Shown here in pieces: positions 13,317 to 25,338 of a DNA stretch of 54,129 nt. The position numbers and the translations under genes are program-made. Below the pieces are notes generated by a model, which saw only the letters and a list, made by a program, of their open reading frames with translations, ran no database searches and was not told the DNA's origin. The stretch covers positions 18,693,133 to 18,747,261 of the forward strand of contig NC_069002.1 in NCBI RefSeq assembly GCF_001194135.2, given 5' to 3'. Origin of the DNA: Octopus bimaculoides (Eukaryota). Numbering within the stretch: position 1 is the stretch's first letter; the number at the start of each line of letters is the position of its first letter.

Positions 13317-13449
13317 CCTAGACTCGCTCATGGGACAGTTATTGCCTCTATCACTGTATACATATTATGCGCTTCATACGGCATTAAGAGTACCAACTCT
13401 TATTTCTTTCATTATAGGTGTTTCAGTACCCTTATTCTTTTACTCTCTC

Positions 13450-13653
13450 TTTTACTCTTTTACTTGTTTCAATCATTTGACTGTGGCCATACTGGAGCAC
13501 CGCCTTTAGTCGAGCAAATCGACCTCAGGACTTATTCTTTGGAAGCCTAGTACTTATTCTATCGGTCTCTTTTGCCAAACCGCTAGGTTACGGAGACGTA
13601 AGCTCACCAGCATCGGTTCTCAAGCGATGTTGGGGGGGGGACANNNNNNNNNN

Positions 13654-13689
<36 letters not shown>

Positions 13690-13854
13690 GACGGGCTTCT
13701 TTCAGTTTCCGTCTACCAAATCCATTCACAAGGCTTTGGTCGGCCCGAGGCTATAGTAGAAGACACTTGCCCAAGGTGCCACGCAGTGGGACTGAACCCG
13801 GAACCGTGTAGTTGGTAAGCAATCTACTGACCACACAGCCACTCCTACGCCTAT
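13450..13854 (-). mobile_element. family C tRNA-derived CORE-like SINE with internal microsatellite
   Basis: Minus strand: ataggcgtaggagtggctgtgtgg...ggttccgggttcagtcccactgcgtggcaccttgggcaagtgtcttctactatagcctc (tRNA head plus CORE-like block), internal (AT)n with N-gap, tail ...tgaaacaagtaaaagag. Second copy at 42449-42976. Confidence 0.9.
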
Positions 13855-13892
13855 AGTCACAATTGGTGACTATTGCATTTTTCTTTTATGGA

Positions 13893-14201
13893 CGGTGGCG
13901 GACTAACTAGGTTGCTAGCTTGCCCGATGGCAAGTGGGCCCCTGTGCCATTAGAGTCCATATATGGGGGCGCATATTAGTATCTAAAGGGCCCATCCCTC
14001 AAGTTTGAGAATTTTTTTTATTCACTCGTGGAAGAATGCGTTAAATTATTTCAGCCTGGCTGCGTTTGTAGACAGTTGAAAAGAATACTTTTAACAAAAA
14101 GAAAAAATTAAATGATAGCAATGTGGTGGGCCACCTTGTAGTTGCGGGAGCCACCCCCTAGTCTCCAGGCAACCAATATCTTTAGATCCAGTTCGCCACT
14201 G
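13893..14201. mobile_element. non-autonomous hAT-type DNA transposon (MITE), 309 bp
   Basis: TIRs cggtggcggact (13893-13904) and agttcgccactg (14190-14201), 10/12 match; 8-bp flanks tttatgga (13885-92) and tttgtgga (14202-09), 7/8 match. Confidence 0.8.
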
Positions 14202-14441
14202 TTTGTGGATATAGATGTGTGTGTGTGTGTGTGTACGTATGCTTGTGCGTGTACCCAAGTTTACGTTAATAAACTTAGGTAAACAGAATAGATAAGTTTT
14301 AATATATTGAGTTCATAACTAAGAGAAAATACAAGCGTAATTTGAATTTCTAATCTGTTGACTCATTGTATTAGAATATATCAGCCTTTATTTTATTGAC
14401 AAATGGTAAACATGTACTGATAGAATTCAAACCTATTATTA

Positions 14442-14493
<52 letters not shown>

Positions 14494-15149
14494 CTAATTA
14501 CAGGAAATACAAAACACAGGAGTTCACAGCAGTTGATTTAGCTCCGTGGGAAATCAGAGAAGGCTTCTGATAATGTCTGTAATTGCAGGTCCTTCATCAA
14601 AAAAGTAAGGCAACTTAGAAGTGTTTTTGCATCGGGATGATATTTACTTTTTCCTGCAAAAGCAGAAATAACGAACCTTGTTAGACCGCCGCAATTAAAA
14701 AGCTTCAATTAAATTCCCTTGTAAAATAAATATAAAATTTAGTAAAAGAATAGATGAGACATGTATGTATGTGGGTTTTTCTTACGTGTGTGTATGTATG
14801 CTGGCTTTCTTTTGTGAATGCATGCAGTATATTTCTCTGCCTGTTTAAGTGCTTGTGTAAATAATGACGTAAGTGTTCAAAATTTGATATTTTTGCAAGA
14901 GTTTGGAAGGTCGTATGTACTTTGTGTTTAACGAGATTACAAATATAATCTTAGATGAAATCTTTTGTAATTACTGTCAGACACTAACAAACCCAAAATA
15001 CTGACATTTTGATTTAAAAACACTTCATCAATAGATAAATAAACCTTAAAGTGTGTTGGAACAGTTTATACTTTAGACCTTGAACTAAAAAAAGAACTTA
15101 ACATTGTTTTGCAGACATGGATAACCGAAGTAACAAGAGTTGAGTAAGT

Positions 15150-15848
15150 TTCTCGGCAGAAAAATCTGTACAGAGAAGGGAAATGGGAGAACTTTCTTCG
15201 TTATTTTCATATTCTATTTATGAATATCTCAAAAGAACACAATCTGATATATGAATACAGAGAAAGACTCGTACCCATAAATCCTTCACCCATGATCTTT
15301 CTTGCAATAATTCTTTTTATTAAGAGCCTGAAAAAAATGCAAGGTACAGTCCTTCGCTGGAATAGAATTACCAAACAGGGAAGTGATGAAGCAAAATGAA
15401 AAGGAAGGTTATGAATACTTTGGCATACAATGAAATCGTGGAGAAGTTAACAAAAGAACAGCCGAGGAAAGAATATGTCCGGAGGCTAATATTAGAGTGG
15501 CGCTCAAAATTGACTGGACGGAATAAAATCCAAGCTGTGAATACATGGGTGATAGCATCACTTCGGTATGGAATTGGAATCATAAACTGACAGAAGAAAG
15601 AACTGATAAGTATGAATACGAAGACACGGAAACTATTGAAAGTGCAGAGAACATTTCATCTCAGCAGAGAGTTTTGATCAGTTTCAGAACTGTGCTGAAT
15701 CAGGGGAAAACATTTAAGTCAGGTATGTAAAAATGCCGTGGAACCATTGTTAATGCATGTGAAGAAGTCCAGCATCATAAAAACTTAAAATTGTGCTAAA
15801 AAAGAGAAATTTAAAAAGGATAAAAATACACATGCATGCATGCACGGA

Positions 15849-15884
<36 letters not shown>

Positions 15885-16620
15885 CACGCACACACACACG
15901 CGCACACACACACACACACACACACGCAAAAAATGGCAGGGAAAGGGGAAAATGTACGGTCAGTTTGCAAGAGACACGTGTGCAAAGACAGATACAGAAG
16001 GCCGGTCGCTATGGATGTGGAGGAGTGACCTGAAGATAGAAACAGAAGCACTTGTATGCATGGCATAAGAACAAGCATTGAGGACAAACATTATGAGCGA
16101 AAACTGAGAGCGAAAAATACAGAATACGTGATGAGAGGGGTGAAGCAGTGTAGCACATTGTTATCGGATGTCCGAAATTGACACAACGTGAATAGAAAAG
16201 ACATGACAATGTGACAGGGATGACCCATTGGGCGCTTTATGGAAATTATGGCCTACAAAATCAAAGAGGTGGTATGATCAAATCTCAGAAGGAGTTATTA
16301 AGAATGAGGTTTGCAAAATCCTGTAGGATGCAACCATTCGGTGTGACCATTAGATTAAATATCGGAAACACGCCCGATTATGATGAAGAGAAAAGAAAAG
16401 AAAAACATGCCTGATATATGATGAAGCATGACCTGGTGACATCGGGATCGAAGAGAAGAAGAAAAAGTGAACAACTATGATGAATTGAAGTGGGAAATAT
16501 GCAAGTCGTGAGCAACGAAGAGAATGGACGTATAGCAATGGTTATTGGCGCTCTCGGAAGTAGCAGCACTCAGCTATCAACATGGCTGAAAACGAATGTA
16601 CAGGTAGAACACTCTCCATC
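15150..16620 (+). mobile_element. R4/Dong-like RLE LINE fragment, decayed, interrupted by a microsatellite at about 15830-15925
   Basis: KEYVRRLILEWRSKLTGRNKIQAVNTWVIASLRYGIGIIN; downstream remnants of the CCHC and nuclease region; many stops and frameshifts. Confidence 0.85.
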
Positions 16621-16671
16621 ATCCCAGCAAAATAAGCTGGGAGGCTTCATGAAACAACAGCAACAATAATA

Positions 16672-16887
16672 ATCCTTTCTACTATAAGTACAAGGCCTGA
16701 AATTTGACTGGAGGGGACTAATCGATTACATCGACCCCAGTGTTTCACTGGTACTTAATTTATCGACTTCGAAAGGATGAAAATCAATGATGACCTCGGT
16801 GAAATTTGAACCCAGATCATAGCGGCAGATGAAATGCCGCTAAGCATTTCACCCGGCGTGCTAACGATTCTGCCAGCTCGCCACCTT
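16672..16887 (-). mobile_element. family B tRNA-derived SINE, full length
   Basis: Head aaggtggcgagctggcagaatcgttagcacgccggg, B-box ggttcaaatttc, core tcatcctttcgaagtcgataaattaagtaccag, tail gtagaaaggattattatt. Confidence 0.92.
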
Positions 16888-16903
16888 AATAATAATAATG
16901 ATG

Positions 16904-17000
<97 letters not shown>

Positions 17001-17058
17001 GTCTCTGGGTGAGACTTGGATCCAACTTGTACAAATGCAAAACAAAAGTCAAACATAA

Positions 17059-17120
<62 letters not shown>
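16887..17120. repeat. two (AAT)n arrays separated by a 60-bp spacer
   Basis: (AAT)n 16887-17000 and about 17059-17120; source of the poly-N/I/Y/L ORFs. Confidence 0.95.
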
Positions 17121-17122
<2 letters not shown>

Positions 17123-17399
17123 TCTATCCTTCACTTACTATAGGGTGCTGGGTGTGTCTTGGCAAGTGATTGCAACAAACATGCAGATTAAAAGTAAACA
17201 ACAACAATAACAACAATAATTTTCTTTAATGACCACAAAAAGGTTTACATCACGAAAAACATTATTGACGGCACAAGACAAAACATTGAATGTGTGTGTG
17301 TGTGTGTGTGTGTGCGTGTGTGTGTGTACGTGTTTGTTGTAAAGGTTTTGCGTGTAAGCAAATTTAACGTAATAAAAATGTGCATTTTAACAGTATGTA

Positions 17400-17578
17400 A
17401 TCGTCAGTAGGGAGCATTTTGAGGGCTGCTCATGGAAAAACTCCACAAAACCACGTGTACCCTGACTTTTGGGGCAGGTGCCTTTTCTCAATTCCTCATC
17501 TCCAATTACAACCGTATGCCCAGTGCAGACCCGTTCACCCGCACCATTCTCGCCACTCTCATCCGTCTTTCAAAAAAA
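17400..17578 (-). mobile_element. Tx1/L1-like LINE 3' fragment (ORF2 end plus 3'UTR)
   Basis: Reverse complement agtggcgagaatggtgcgggtgaacggg...aaagtcagggtac...tttttccatgagcagccctc matches 25165-25315. Confidence 0.8.
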
Positions 17579-17629
17579 TTGACTAAAAGTAACTCTTAAT
17601 TTTCCACCCTTATTTTCCTCTTCAAGTTA

Positions 17630-17990
17630 AACTTGAAGAAGTTGATCAGAGATTGGCCAAAGAGAAAAGTGTTTGACTCTAGCCCCTCCAGGATCGAAAA
17701 GGACGAAAAAAACATACGATCCCTTAATATTTGAAATAGGAAGAGTTTGGAGTATGAGAACTGTAAAGGCCGTGCCTATGATAATTGGTGCGGAGGAAAT
17801 AGTAAGTGAAGTTATAGACAAATGACTGAAAGAAACTGTAATAGAATGCTCGATAGAGCTCCTACAGAAAGTTTGTCTCTTAGGGACAGTAAGGATTATC
17901 AGGAGGGTTTTAAGCACTTGAAAGACTGCTGAAAACTTGTGGATCCCTAAGGTTACAAGTAGTAAGTAACCCGCTACCCACATCAATTCT
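17630..17990 (+). mobile_element. R4/Dong-like LINE 3' end
   Basis: VWSMRTVKAVPMIIGA...IELLQKVCLLGTVRIIRRVL* is the typical RLE C-terminus, also seen at 49050-49222. Confidence 0.85.
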
Positions 17991-18032
17991 AAAAGGATTA
18001 AGGCCGAACCTGAGCCAAACCAAAGAATAATA

Positions 18033-18243
18033 TTCCTTTCTACTAAAGGCACAAGGCCTGACATTTTTGGGGAGGGAACCAGTCGATTCCATGGATCCTA
18101 GTGTTTCACTGGTACTTAATATATCGACCCCGAAAGGATGAAAGGCAAAGTCGACCCCGATGAAATTTGAACTCGTAACGACGGACGAAATGCCGCTAAG
18201 CTTTTCGTCCGGTGTGCTAACGATTCTACCAACTCGCCGCCTT
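18033..18243 (-). mobile_element. family B SINE, full length
   Basis: Same head, core and tail as 16672-16887; head abuts a (TAG/TGG)n tract. Confidence 0.92.
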
Positions 18244-18345
18244 AGAAGTAGTGGTAGTATAGTAGTAGTGGTGGTGGTGGTGGTGGTTGTGGTGGTGGTG
18301 ATGGTGGTGGTGGTGATGGTGGTGGTAGTAGTTGTAGTAGTAGTA

Positions 18346-18490
18346 GTCCTTTCTACTGTAGGCACAAGGCCTGAAATTTGAGGAACGGGACTAGTCGATT
18401 ACATCGACCCCAGTGTTTCGCTGGTACTTAATTTATCGGCCCCGAAAGGGTGAAACGCGAAGTCGACCGCGGAGGAATTTGAAATCAGAA
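18346..18490 (-). mobile_element. family B SINE lacking most of its head
   Basis: cctttctactgtaggcacaaggcctgaaattt...gtcgaccgcggaggaatttgaaatcag. Confidence 0.88.
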
Positions 18491-19599
18491 TTAGCTACAA
18501 TAATGATAATTAACTGGTTCATTACCACAAGAGCCTGGAGCCAAATTAAGAGATCCACACTATAATTAGGAGGTACATATTACGTGTTTTAATAAATATT
18601 GAATTCTATCTTTATACACATCTTGCTTCACTCTTAACCAGAGTTCATCATAGAATTAATAGAGAAGTTGTGCTTATATAAGTAAATGTAGGAGATGGCA
18701 GGGAAGGGACAGAGAATCAAAAGACACATGTTCGGTGGGTGAGATGGAGTGAGGGCGCTGATGGAGAAGGGAAGGGCGGTTATACGTTGTTATTTTATGA
18801 ATGTGCCTAATTTCAAAGAAATGCAGGAGAGGAGGCGGCGGAAACAGCGGTAAATAATGGTTAAGTGATTAGAAAACGATTGTGGTTTGTGCGATGGCGA
18901 AATTAGGAGCAATTAATGATTAAGTCGTAGAATACCGAAGAGGCCAGATTTGTGAGAGCCATAAAGCGCTTTGTGTTTTTATATTTGTGACATTTTTTAG
19001 CAATTTTGGTGATCCAGGAAACATCAAATGTCTTTTGCAGATTATTTGTAGCTCTGCGGGTGAGCAATATAAAAGATATATTAGGGATGTGGAGGTATAC
19101 TTTATTTATCATTTATTTATGCTATCAAACGTTGAGTTTATATAACTATAATTTATATAACTATAATTTATATAAGTACAATATAAGAAGAAAGAGGAGG
19201 AGGAGGAGGAGACGGTGATAGAAGAATGATTGAAGGAGTAGGAGTAAATTGCTGTGTTATTACCTCATATCTTAATTTTCATATTTGTTTTCATTTCAAG
19301 ATATGTCCCTTTATTAAAATCAGTCTAAGAAAGCAATAATAAACAGAGGTGAACTATTATACATATCCGGGTTTGCTTTATCGCGTCTTCCAGGCCACAT
19401 TCCAAGACATCCTGGCACTTGAGACTTCACTCCAGTCATTAAAAACCCTCTTTTGACACTTGTTATCATCTTTATGCCTGTTTGTATTTATATGTGACTG
19501 CATACGGACTTGCAGGTTTTCCCACTTATTTTTCACTGAGATTTTAGTCTTTATTACAGACTTAAAGAGTTAATATTTGTTGTGACGCTGGGTTACTGT

Positions 19600-19650
19600 T
19601 CGTAATGAGACATAGTTTCGTGATTTTCGCTCATCAGATAAACCATTTCT
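19600..19650 (-). ncRNA. hammerhead-like motif, canonical core but stem I not formed
   Basis: Minus: CTGATGA GCG aaaat CAC GAAAC tat GTC. Core, stem III and GUC site present, one stem II mismatch, no adjacent stem I pairing. Confidence 0.4.
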
Positions 19651-21254
19651 GACTGTTAGGTTATCATGTTTGTTTGAAACTAATAAAATTGTGCAATCTT
19701 TGACAAAACTGGATATAAAAAGTGTTACATCGCAATACTACACAGTGGCTGTGTGAGCTAGGAAATCCTCGTCGCCACTGTTATATCGCATTGCGATATA
19801 ACAAAAAGGAAACAAGCGATATAGAAAAAATATATATAAGAATAATTTATGAAAATAATCTATACAAATTGATACTACTTTCATTGCGTGTGACGCGTGG
19901 TTTCCTGGTTTATAGACTCATCCACCACACGGGATCAATCACACGGGATCTATGCTATTTTGGTTCACTTTCCTACGGCGCAAGTTTGCTCCATTGTATA
20001 ACACTTTTAGTTCTTTCTCGAAATATGAACTAAGAAGTATAACAATGAAAGTCAAAATCTGGACAAGTTAAAGAATTATATTAAACCTATTCAGAATGAG
20101 AAGCGGTGAGAATAATTAACATTTTTTGATCTTTAACTTCTAAAGTTTCACAGTAAAGCATTCTTCATGTTGGTTTGAGCTGTGATGGCTCTAATTAACA
20201 ATTTTGTTGTGGATGATATCGTTTCCCTAAAGACGAAATCCGAACGAAATCCATCAAATATAAGGCGATAGTCAGTTTCCTGATAATGAATCCATTCTCC
20301 AAGAAAAAACAAAATTCTTCTTATCTATCGAGAGCCAAATTAATGTCTTTTGTTTTTTAAAGAACATTTACAAGTCAATCGTGAATAATAGAAAGTATGT
20401 ATATTTTCATTAAAACGTCGTCAGAAATGAGGAGAAATGAGGTCGAAAATGAGGTGAAATGATATTTTGGAGTGTATATGTATGTGAAAAGTTGGGAAAA
20501 TCAAAAGCTAGAAGAAAGAAAATTTGTGGAGTGCAGCAAAATGAGATAAAAAAAAAAAATCAATAGACATTTAACTCGATATGATTGGATCAAGTTTTAG
20601 ACTGAAACAAATCACTGAAACATTTACGGTGTTAAGGTTCCAGATATTTGGAGGAGGCTTTGACTTGGTAAAATTTCACATGAGAACTTTTCTTTATGCA
20701 AATTGAGAATTATTGATGTTATATCGTATTTTCTTTATTTCTTTTTCGAAGTAATTTAGGCAGAAGGTTCATAAGCACATCGAAAGGGTTTATCAAAACG
20801 TCCGTGACTGGAGAATAGGTTTTTGAGCCAGGGTCTGAATATAAGATACAAAAAAAAATGTATTATGAAAATATAGAAAATATAGACAGTGTGTGTGTGT
20901 GTGTCNNNNNNNNNNGTGTGTGTGTGTGTGTGTGTGTGGATGGAGGCATCCCTTCACAACCATGCGGTCGTCCGTTCTGTCCTAGTTCATGGCATTTGTT
21001 GTCCGGGCTTTAGATCGACTTGGGAATCAGCTTAGACGGAAACACTCTAGTAACACATCCTATAATTCAAGTTTTAGCAATGTGTAACCGCATTAATAAC
21101 TGGACACAGAATTCCAATCACAATACTATTTACTTCCAGTCATTCACAGAACTTTTTTCAATGCGTCTATTTATAGATTTCCTTGCTCCCTACATATGTG
21201 CCTGTGTAACAGTCTGTATCTATTTTAATATCTGTCTATCTATCTATCTATCTG

Positions 21255-21317
<63 letters not shown>

Positions 21318-21575
21318 CCAGACCCTCTCCACTCTCTCTCTCTCTCTAATTCGCTCCTTATAGGATTGCATGAAGGCACCAGACATGCTACAAAATGCTG
21401 TCTGATTTGCTTCTCATCTCATGAAACTATTAGAAGCTCATAAAAACGTATTATGTTTATTAAATAATATTTATCTCTTCAATGGAGTACCTTTTTTGTA
21501 GATCTTACTATCACGGAACAGTACACTATGTGTGTGTGTGAATGTGTGTGTGCGTGTTTGTGTGTGTGTTTATAC

Positions 21576-21624
<49 letters not shown>

Positions 21625-21644
21625 AGGAGAATTCTCAAAAAAAA

Positions 21645-21830
21645 GACACAACAAAAGACGAAGACAGGTGGTGTAGACAACAAACAGATGTATTAGTATA
21701 ACGCTCGGGAAGTGAAAAAGTCTTTAACGTTTCGAGCCTACGCTCTTCCACAGAAAGGAACACAGAAAGAAACAAAGAGAGAAAAAAGCAGAATGTGTAG
21801 TGGCTCATACATATATCAACACGGATAAAC
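21645..21830 (-). mobile_element. short repeat carrying a minimal hammerhead-like motif (putative Penelope terminal-repeat derivative)
   Basis: Homologous to 33270-33400. Minus 21721-21758: cttt CTGTGGA A GAGC gtag GCTC GAAAC GT T aaag. Confidence 0.65.
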
Positions 21831-22026
21831 ATTTATGAACGGTCTTCTTTCTTTTATATCTCCGAAGAATGGTTGTGTAGCTTCAATGTGATTACCATTT
21901 CGATTTCATTCGGATAAGTTACATAATCATGAAACGATCGTAAGAATTTTTATACATCTCTTTATTCTATATTGTATATAATTTACGTGACAATGCAGTT
22001 CTATATGTTAATATACTTCTTGCTGT

Positions 22027-22228
22027 AAGGTAGCGAGCTGGCAGAAATGTTAGCATACCGAGCGAACTGCTTAGCGGTGTTTCGTCTCTCTCTCTCTCTC
22101 TGAGTTCAAATCCCGCCGCGGTTGACTTTGCCTTTCATTCTTTCGGTGTCGATAAATTAAGTACCACTTACGCACTGGGGTCGATCTAATCGACTGGCCC
22201 CTTCCCCAAAATTTCGGGCCTTGTGACT
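22027..22228 (+). mobile_element. family B SINE, near full length
   Basis: A-box tggcagaaatg, B-box gttcaaatcc (22104-13), core tttcattctttcggtgtcgataaattaagtacca. Confidence 0.92.
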
Positions 22229-22711
22229 GCTCTTTTGGTCTATTTTATATTCTTAAACATCTCTTCCAGGACCTTTGGGCAATGTTCCAATCTGAGCATT
22301 TAACTGGTCATACCTAATATATTTTGTTCTAAAAAAACATACTTTATATATATANNNNNNNNNNNNNNNNNNNNNNNNNNNNNNNNNNNNNNNNNNNNNN
22401 NNNNNNNNNNNNNNNNNNNNNNNNNNNNNNNNNNNNNNNNNNNNNNNNNNNNNNNNNNNNNNNNNNNNNNNNNNNNNNNNNNNNNNNNNNNNNNNNNNNN
22501 NNNNNNNNNNNNNNNNNNNNNNNNNNNNNNNNNNNNNNNNNNNNNNNNNNNNNNNNNNNNNNNNNNNNNNNNNNNNNNNNNNNNNNNNNNNNNNNNNNNN
22601 NNNNNNNNNNNNNNNNNNNNNNNNNNNNNNNNNNNNNNNNNNNNNNNNNNNNNNNNNNNNNNNNNNNNNNNNNNNNNNNNNNNNNNNNNNNNNTATATAT
22701 ATATATATATG

Positions 22712-23345
22712 ATGAATTTAAGTGCTTTCAGAATGTTGTTCATTTTGGGATCCCGAGTGAGCTTAGGTAGATTTTGTACAATAGTGTTGAATGCCTCATT
22801 GTTTCTAGGGTTGTGAGTTGATATATACAGTAGTATTTTGAGATAAGGTGTGTTACATTTCGTTTCCCTGAGTGTTTTAATGCTTAATTTCTTGGCAAGT
22901 GAGGGTGGATGTTGTCATTCAGCTAGTGTTGTGCTGAGGTCTTGAAGACTGAGGTCCCTTGTATTTTCACCAGACTCTATTTTGCAAATCCTTTTCGCTA
23001 AATTAAAGGGGATATTTATTTTGATGGATTTCGTGTGATATTGATTCGAGTTCGTTGGTTTATGATAAATCTCAGTAACAATTTGGTTGTTGATATTTTT
23101 TTTAATCATAGTATCCATGTAAGGGAACTGTTCTTTGCTATATTCTATTGTAAATTAAATGTTATGGTTTATATCCTTTAGTATTGATTTGAATTCCAAA
23201 AGTTTGTCAATGGTCTCTTTCCAAATGTTAAAGCAGTCATCCATATATCCTTTCCAGTTCTCTCTTATATAATGGTGAAATGGATATTCATACTTTTGCA
23301 GTGAATTCTTATATGGTGTATTCAAGATATCCCATTATTAGAAGA
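22712..23345 (-). mobile_element. Penelope-like element RT fragment
   Basis: WKGYMDDCFNIW...FTIEYSKEQFPYMDTMIK...IVTEIYHKPT...KINIPFNLAKRICKI...YISTHNPRN; decayed. Confidence 0.85.
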
Positions 23346-23675
23346 ATGAACTCTTCTAAAGACTCACAAAGTGCCCGATGGAGCTGTGAATCTGGGTGAG
23401 GGATTAAGTCTATCATCGATGAAGACTAAAGCAAGACGCACAGATTTTGATCAAATATCGCGAAGCATGTAGTTTGACAGTCTTGCAGTTTGGTGAGATT
23501 ATCTGTCTCGAGTGGATCCCAAAAGAGGTTTGACCTTCGTTGAATTTGAACTCAGGCCCCAGAGATACAAAGCAAATATCGCATCCATTCTGTCCGTGAT
23601 CATTTTTCGGAAAATGTTCATATTCTTAGATAGTCATCCCTTTTTCGAGCAACACCAGTTTTGCCACGATGACTA

Positions 23676-23729
<54 letters not shown>

Positions 23730-23984
23730 GCTAAACCTCCTTGGCTGCAAGATTAGAGAAGTGAAAGCTATCTCGTCTGATCCAGCTAATCGAACATATC
23801 GGTGATTTTGTATTGATTTAGCTGCTATCTTCGTCATCTTTTTGTCTTTTTCATTCCATTGTTACCAATCAAATAAGAGGCCGCCATGTTACCTACATGC
23901 CAATCGATTGAACCTCCCCTCCCCCATTCTTCTACTCTATTGTTTCTCCATTATGTTTGAAAGGAAACATCATATTTCCGAGAT

Positions 23985-24172
23985 ACATAAATACATACAT
24001 GCATACATACATACACTCATACATACATACATACACACATACATACATACATACATACATACATACATACATACATACATGGTGGTTGTCTACTCCTTAC
24101 ACAGAGTTTGACCACCTCCTGCACCTACACCTTATCCCTTTCATGGTGTCTAATGTGGCTTTTTAAACCAGA
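23985..24172 (-). mobile_element. RTE-like LINE 3' tail ending in (TATG)n
   Basis: Reverse complement gtctggtttaaaagccacattagacaccatg...aaggagtagacaaccacc matches 41085-41178. Confidence 0.75.
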
Positions 24173-24289
24173 CATACATACATACATACATATACTACAC
24201 TCACACATTTACGCACAGGTACACACACACACACATACACACACACACACACACGCACGCGAGTTGGCAAGCGAGTCTAAACACAGTTA

Positions 24290-24460
24290 GAAGATATGCT
24301 AGAAATAGCAGCTAAACCAAATATTCCTTAACTGAACACATGCACCAGAATTGTCTTAAAGAATGAATTCGTCGTCACTGACCAAATAGGAATGGTCGCT
24401 TCTGGAATAGCTTCATACCATGAACAGCTCGATTACAGCTAAACAACAATAAAAACAACA
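24290..24460 (+). mobile_element. SINE-like family F copy
   Basis: gctagaaatagcagctaa...ggaatggtcgcttctggaatagc...gctaaacaacaat; compare 11316-11635. Confidence 0.5.
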
Positions 24461-24989
24461 GCCTTCCTTTGATCTTGTCTGGTCAAACAATGTATACAGT
24501 TTGGTAAGCAATAGAAAAGGCTCCGTGTGAAGTGGGACTCATTGTTGGTGAAGTAAATAAATTGTGTAGTTAAGACGTTTCGTTTCGCAACCGCATGATT
24601 TCAGTTACGTTCCCAGCGTGCGGCTTTTTGGGGCCACTGTCATCTATAATTGATCTATGCCTGTGTGTTTGTAAGCGGAAACTGTGCGAAGTGTGTGTGT
24701 GTGTGTGTGTGTGTACATCTTTGTTTTCGTGTTTGTGTTTCCACGTTTAACAACCGGTGCTGGTTTATTTACGCTCTCCAAATTTAATAGCTGCAACCGA
24801 GTGACACAGAAATAAAAGACTTAAAAAAGACTGAAAAGAAATAAAATACACAGGATGAGGACTGTCTGTCTGTGTTTCATTGTAGGTCTGCTTACAATGA
24901 AACACAGCAGTCCTTAATAATACTGTTTTCTGGGCGTGCACTAGACTAGGTTTCATGCCTATTTTCTCTATCCATTTGTTTAATCTTTA

Positions 24990-25338
24990 GGAAGAGTTCC
25001 TAATGATCCTATACCAACAGGGTGTGGTGGACGAGATTAAAGGAACTGAAAACAAACATTTTCTCTTCGGCCAATCCTTGATGAACTTCTTCAAGTTTCA
25101 CTTGAAAAGGAAAATAAGAGTAGAGAGGTAAGTGTTGTTTCCTAGTCTTTTTGCCGAAAGGGAGCTGAAAGTGGCGAGAATGGTACGAGTGAACGGGCCT
25201 GCCCTGAGCATATGCCTCTAGCTAGAAAGAGAAAAGGAAACGAAAAAAGGGTACCTGCCTCAAAAGTCAGGGTACCCATGGTTTTTATAGGGTTTTTCCA
25301 TGAGCAGCCCTCGAACGTCTCCTCCCTATTGAGGATTA
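24990..25338 (+). mobile_element. Tx1/L1-like LINE 3' fragment running into an N-gap
   Basis: FFKFHLKRKIRVER*VLFPSLFAERELKVARMVRVNGPALSICL*, homologous to 36960-37080. Confidence 0.85.

Noticed and set aside
14500-15130. Possible DNA transposase remnant
   Set aside because: Complex sequence but no motif or termini I could recognise; left unassigned.
16755-17143. Poly-L, poly-N, poly-I and poly-Y ORFs
   Set aside because: (AAT)n read in six frames next to a SINE head.
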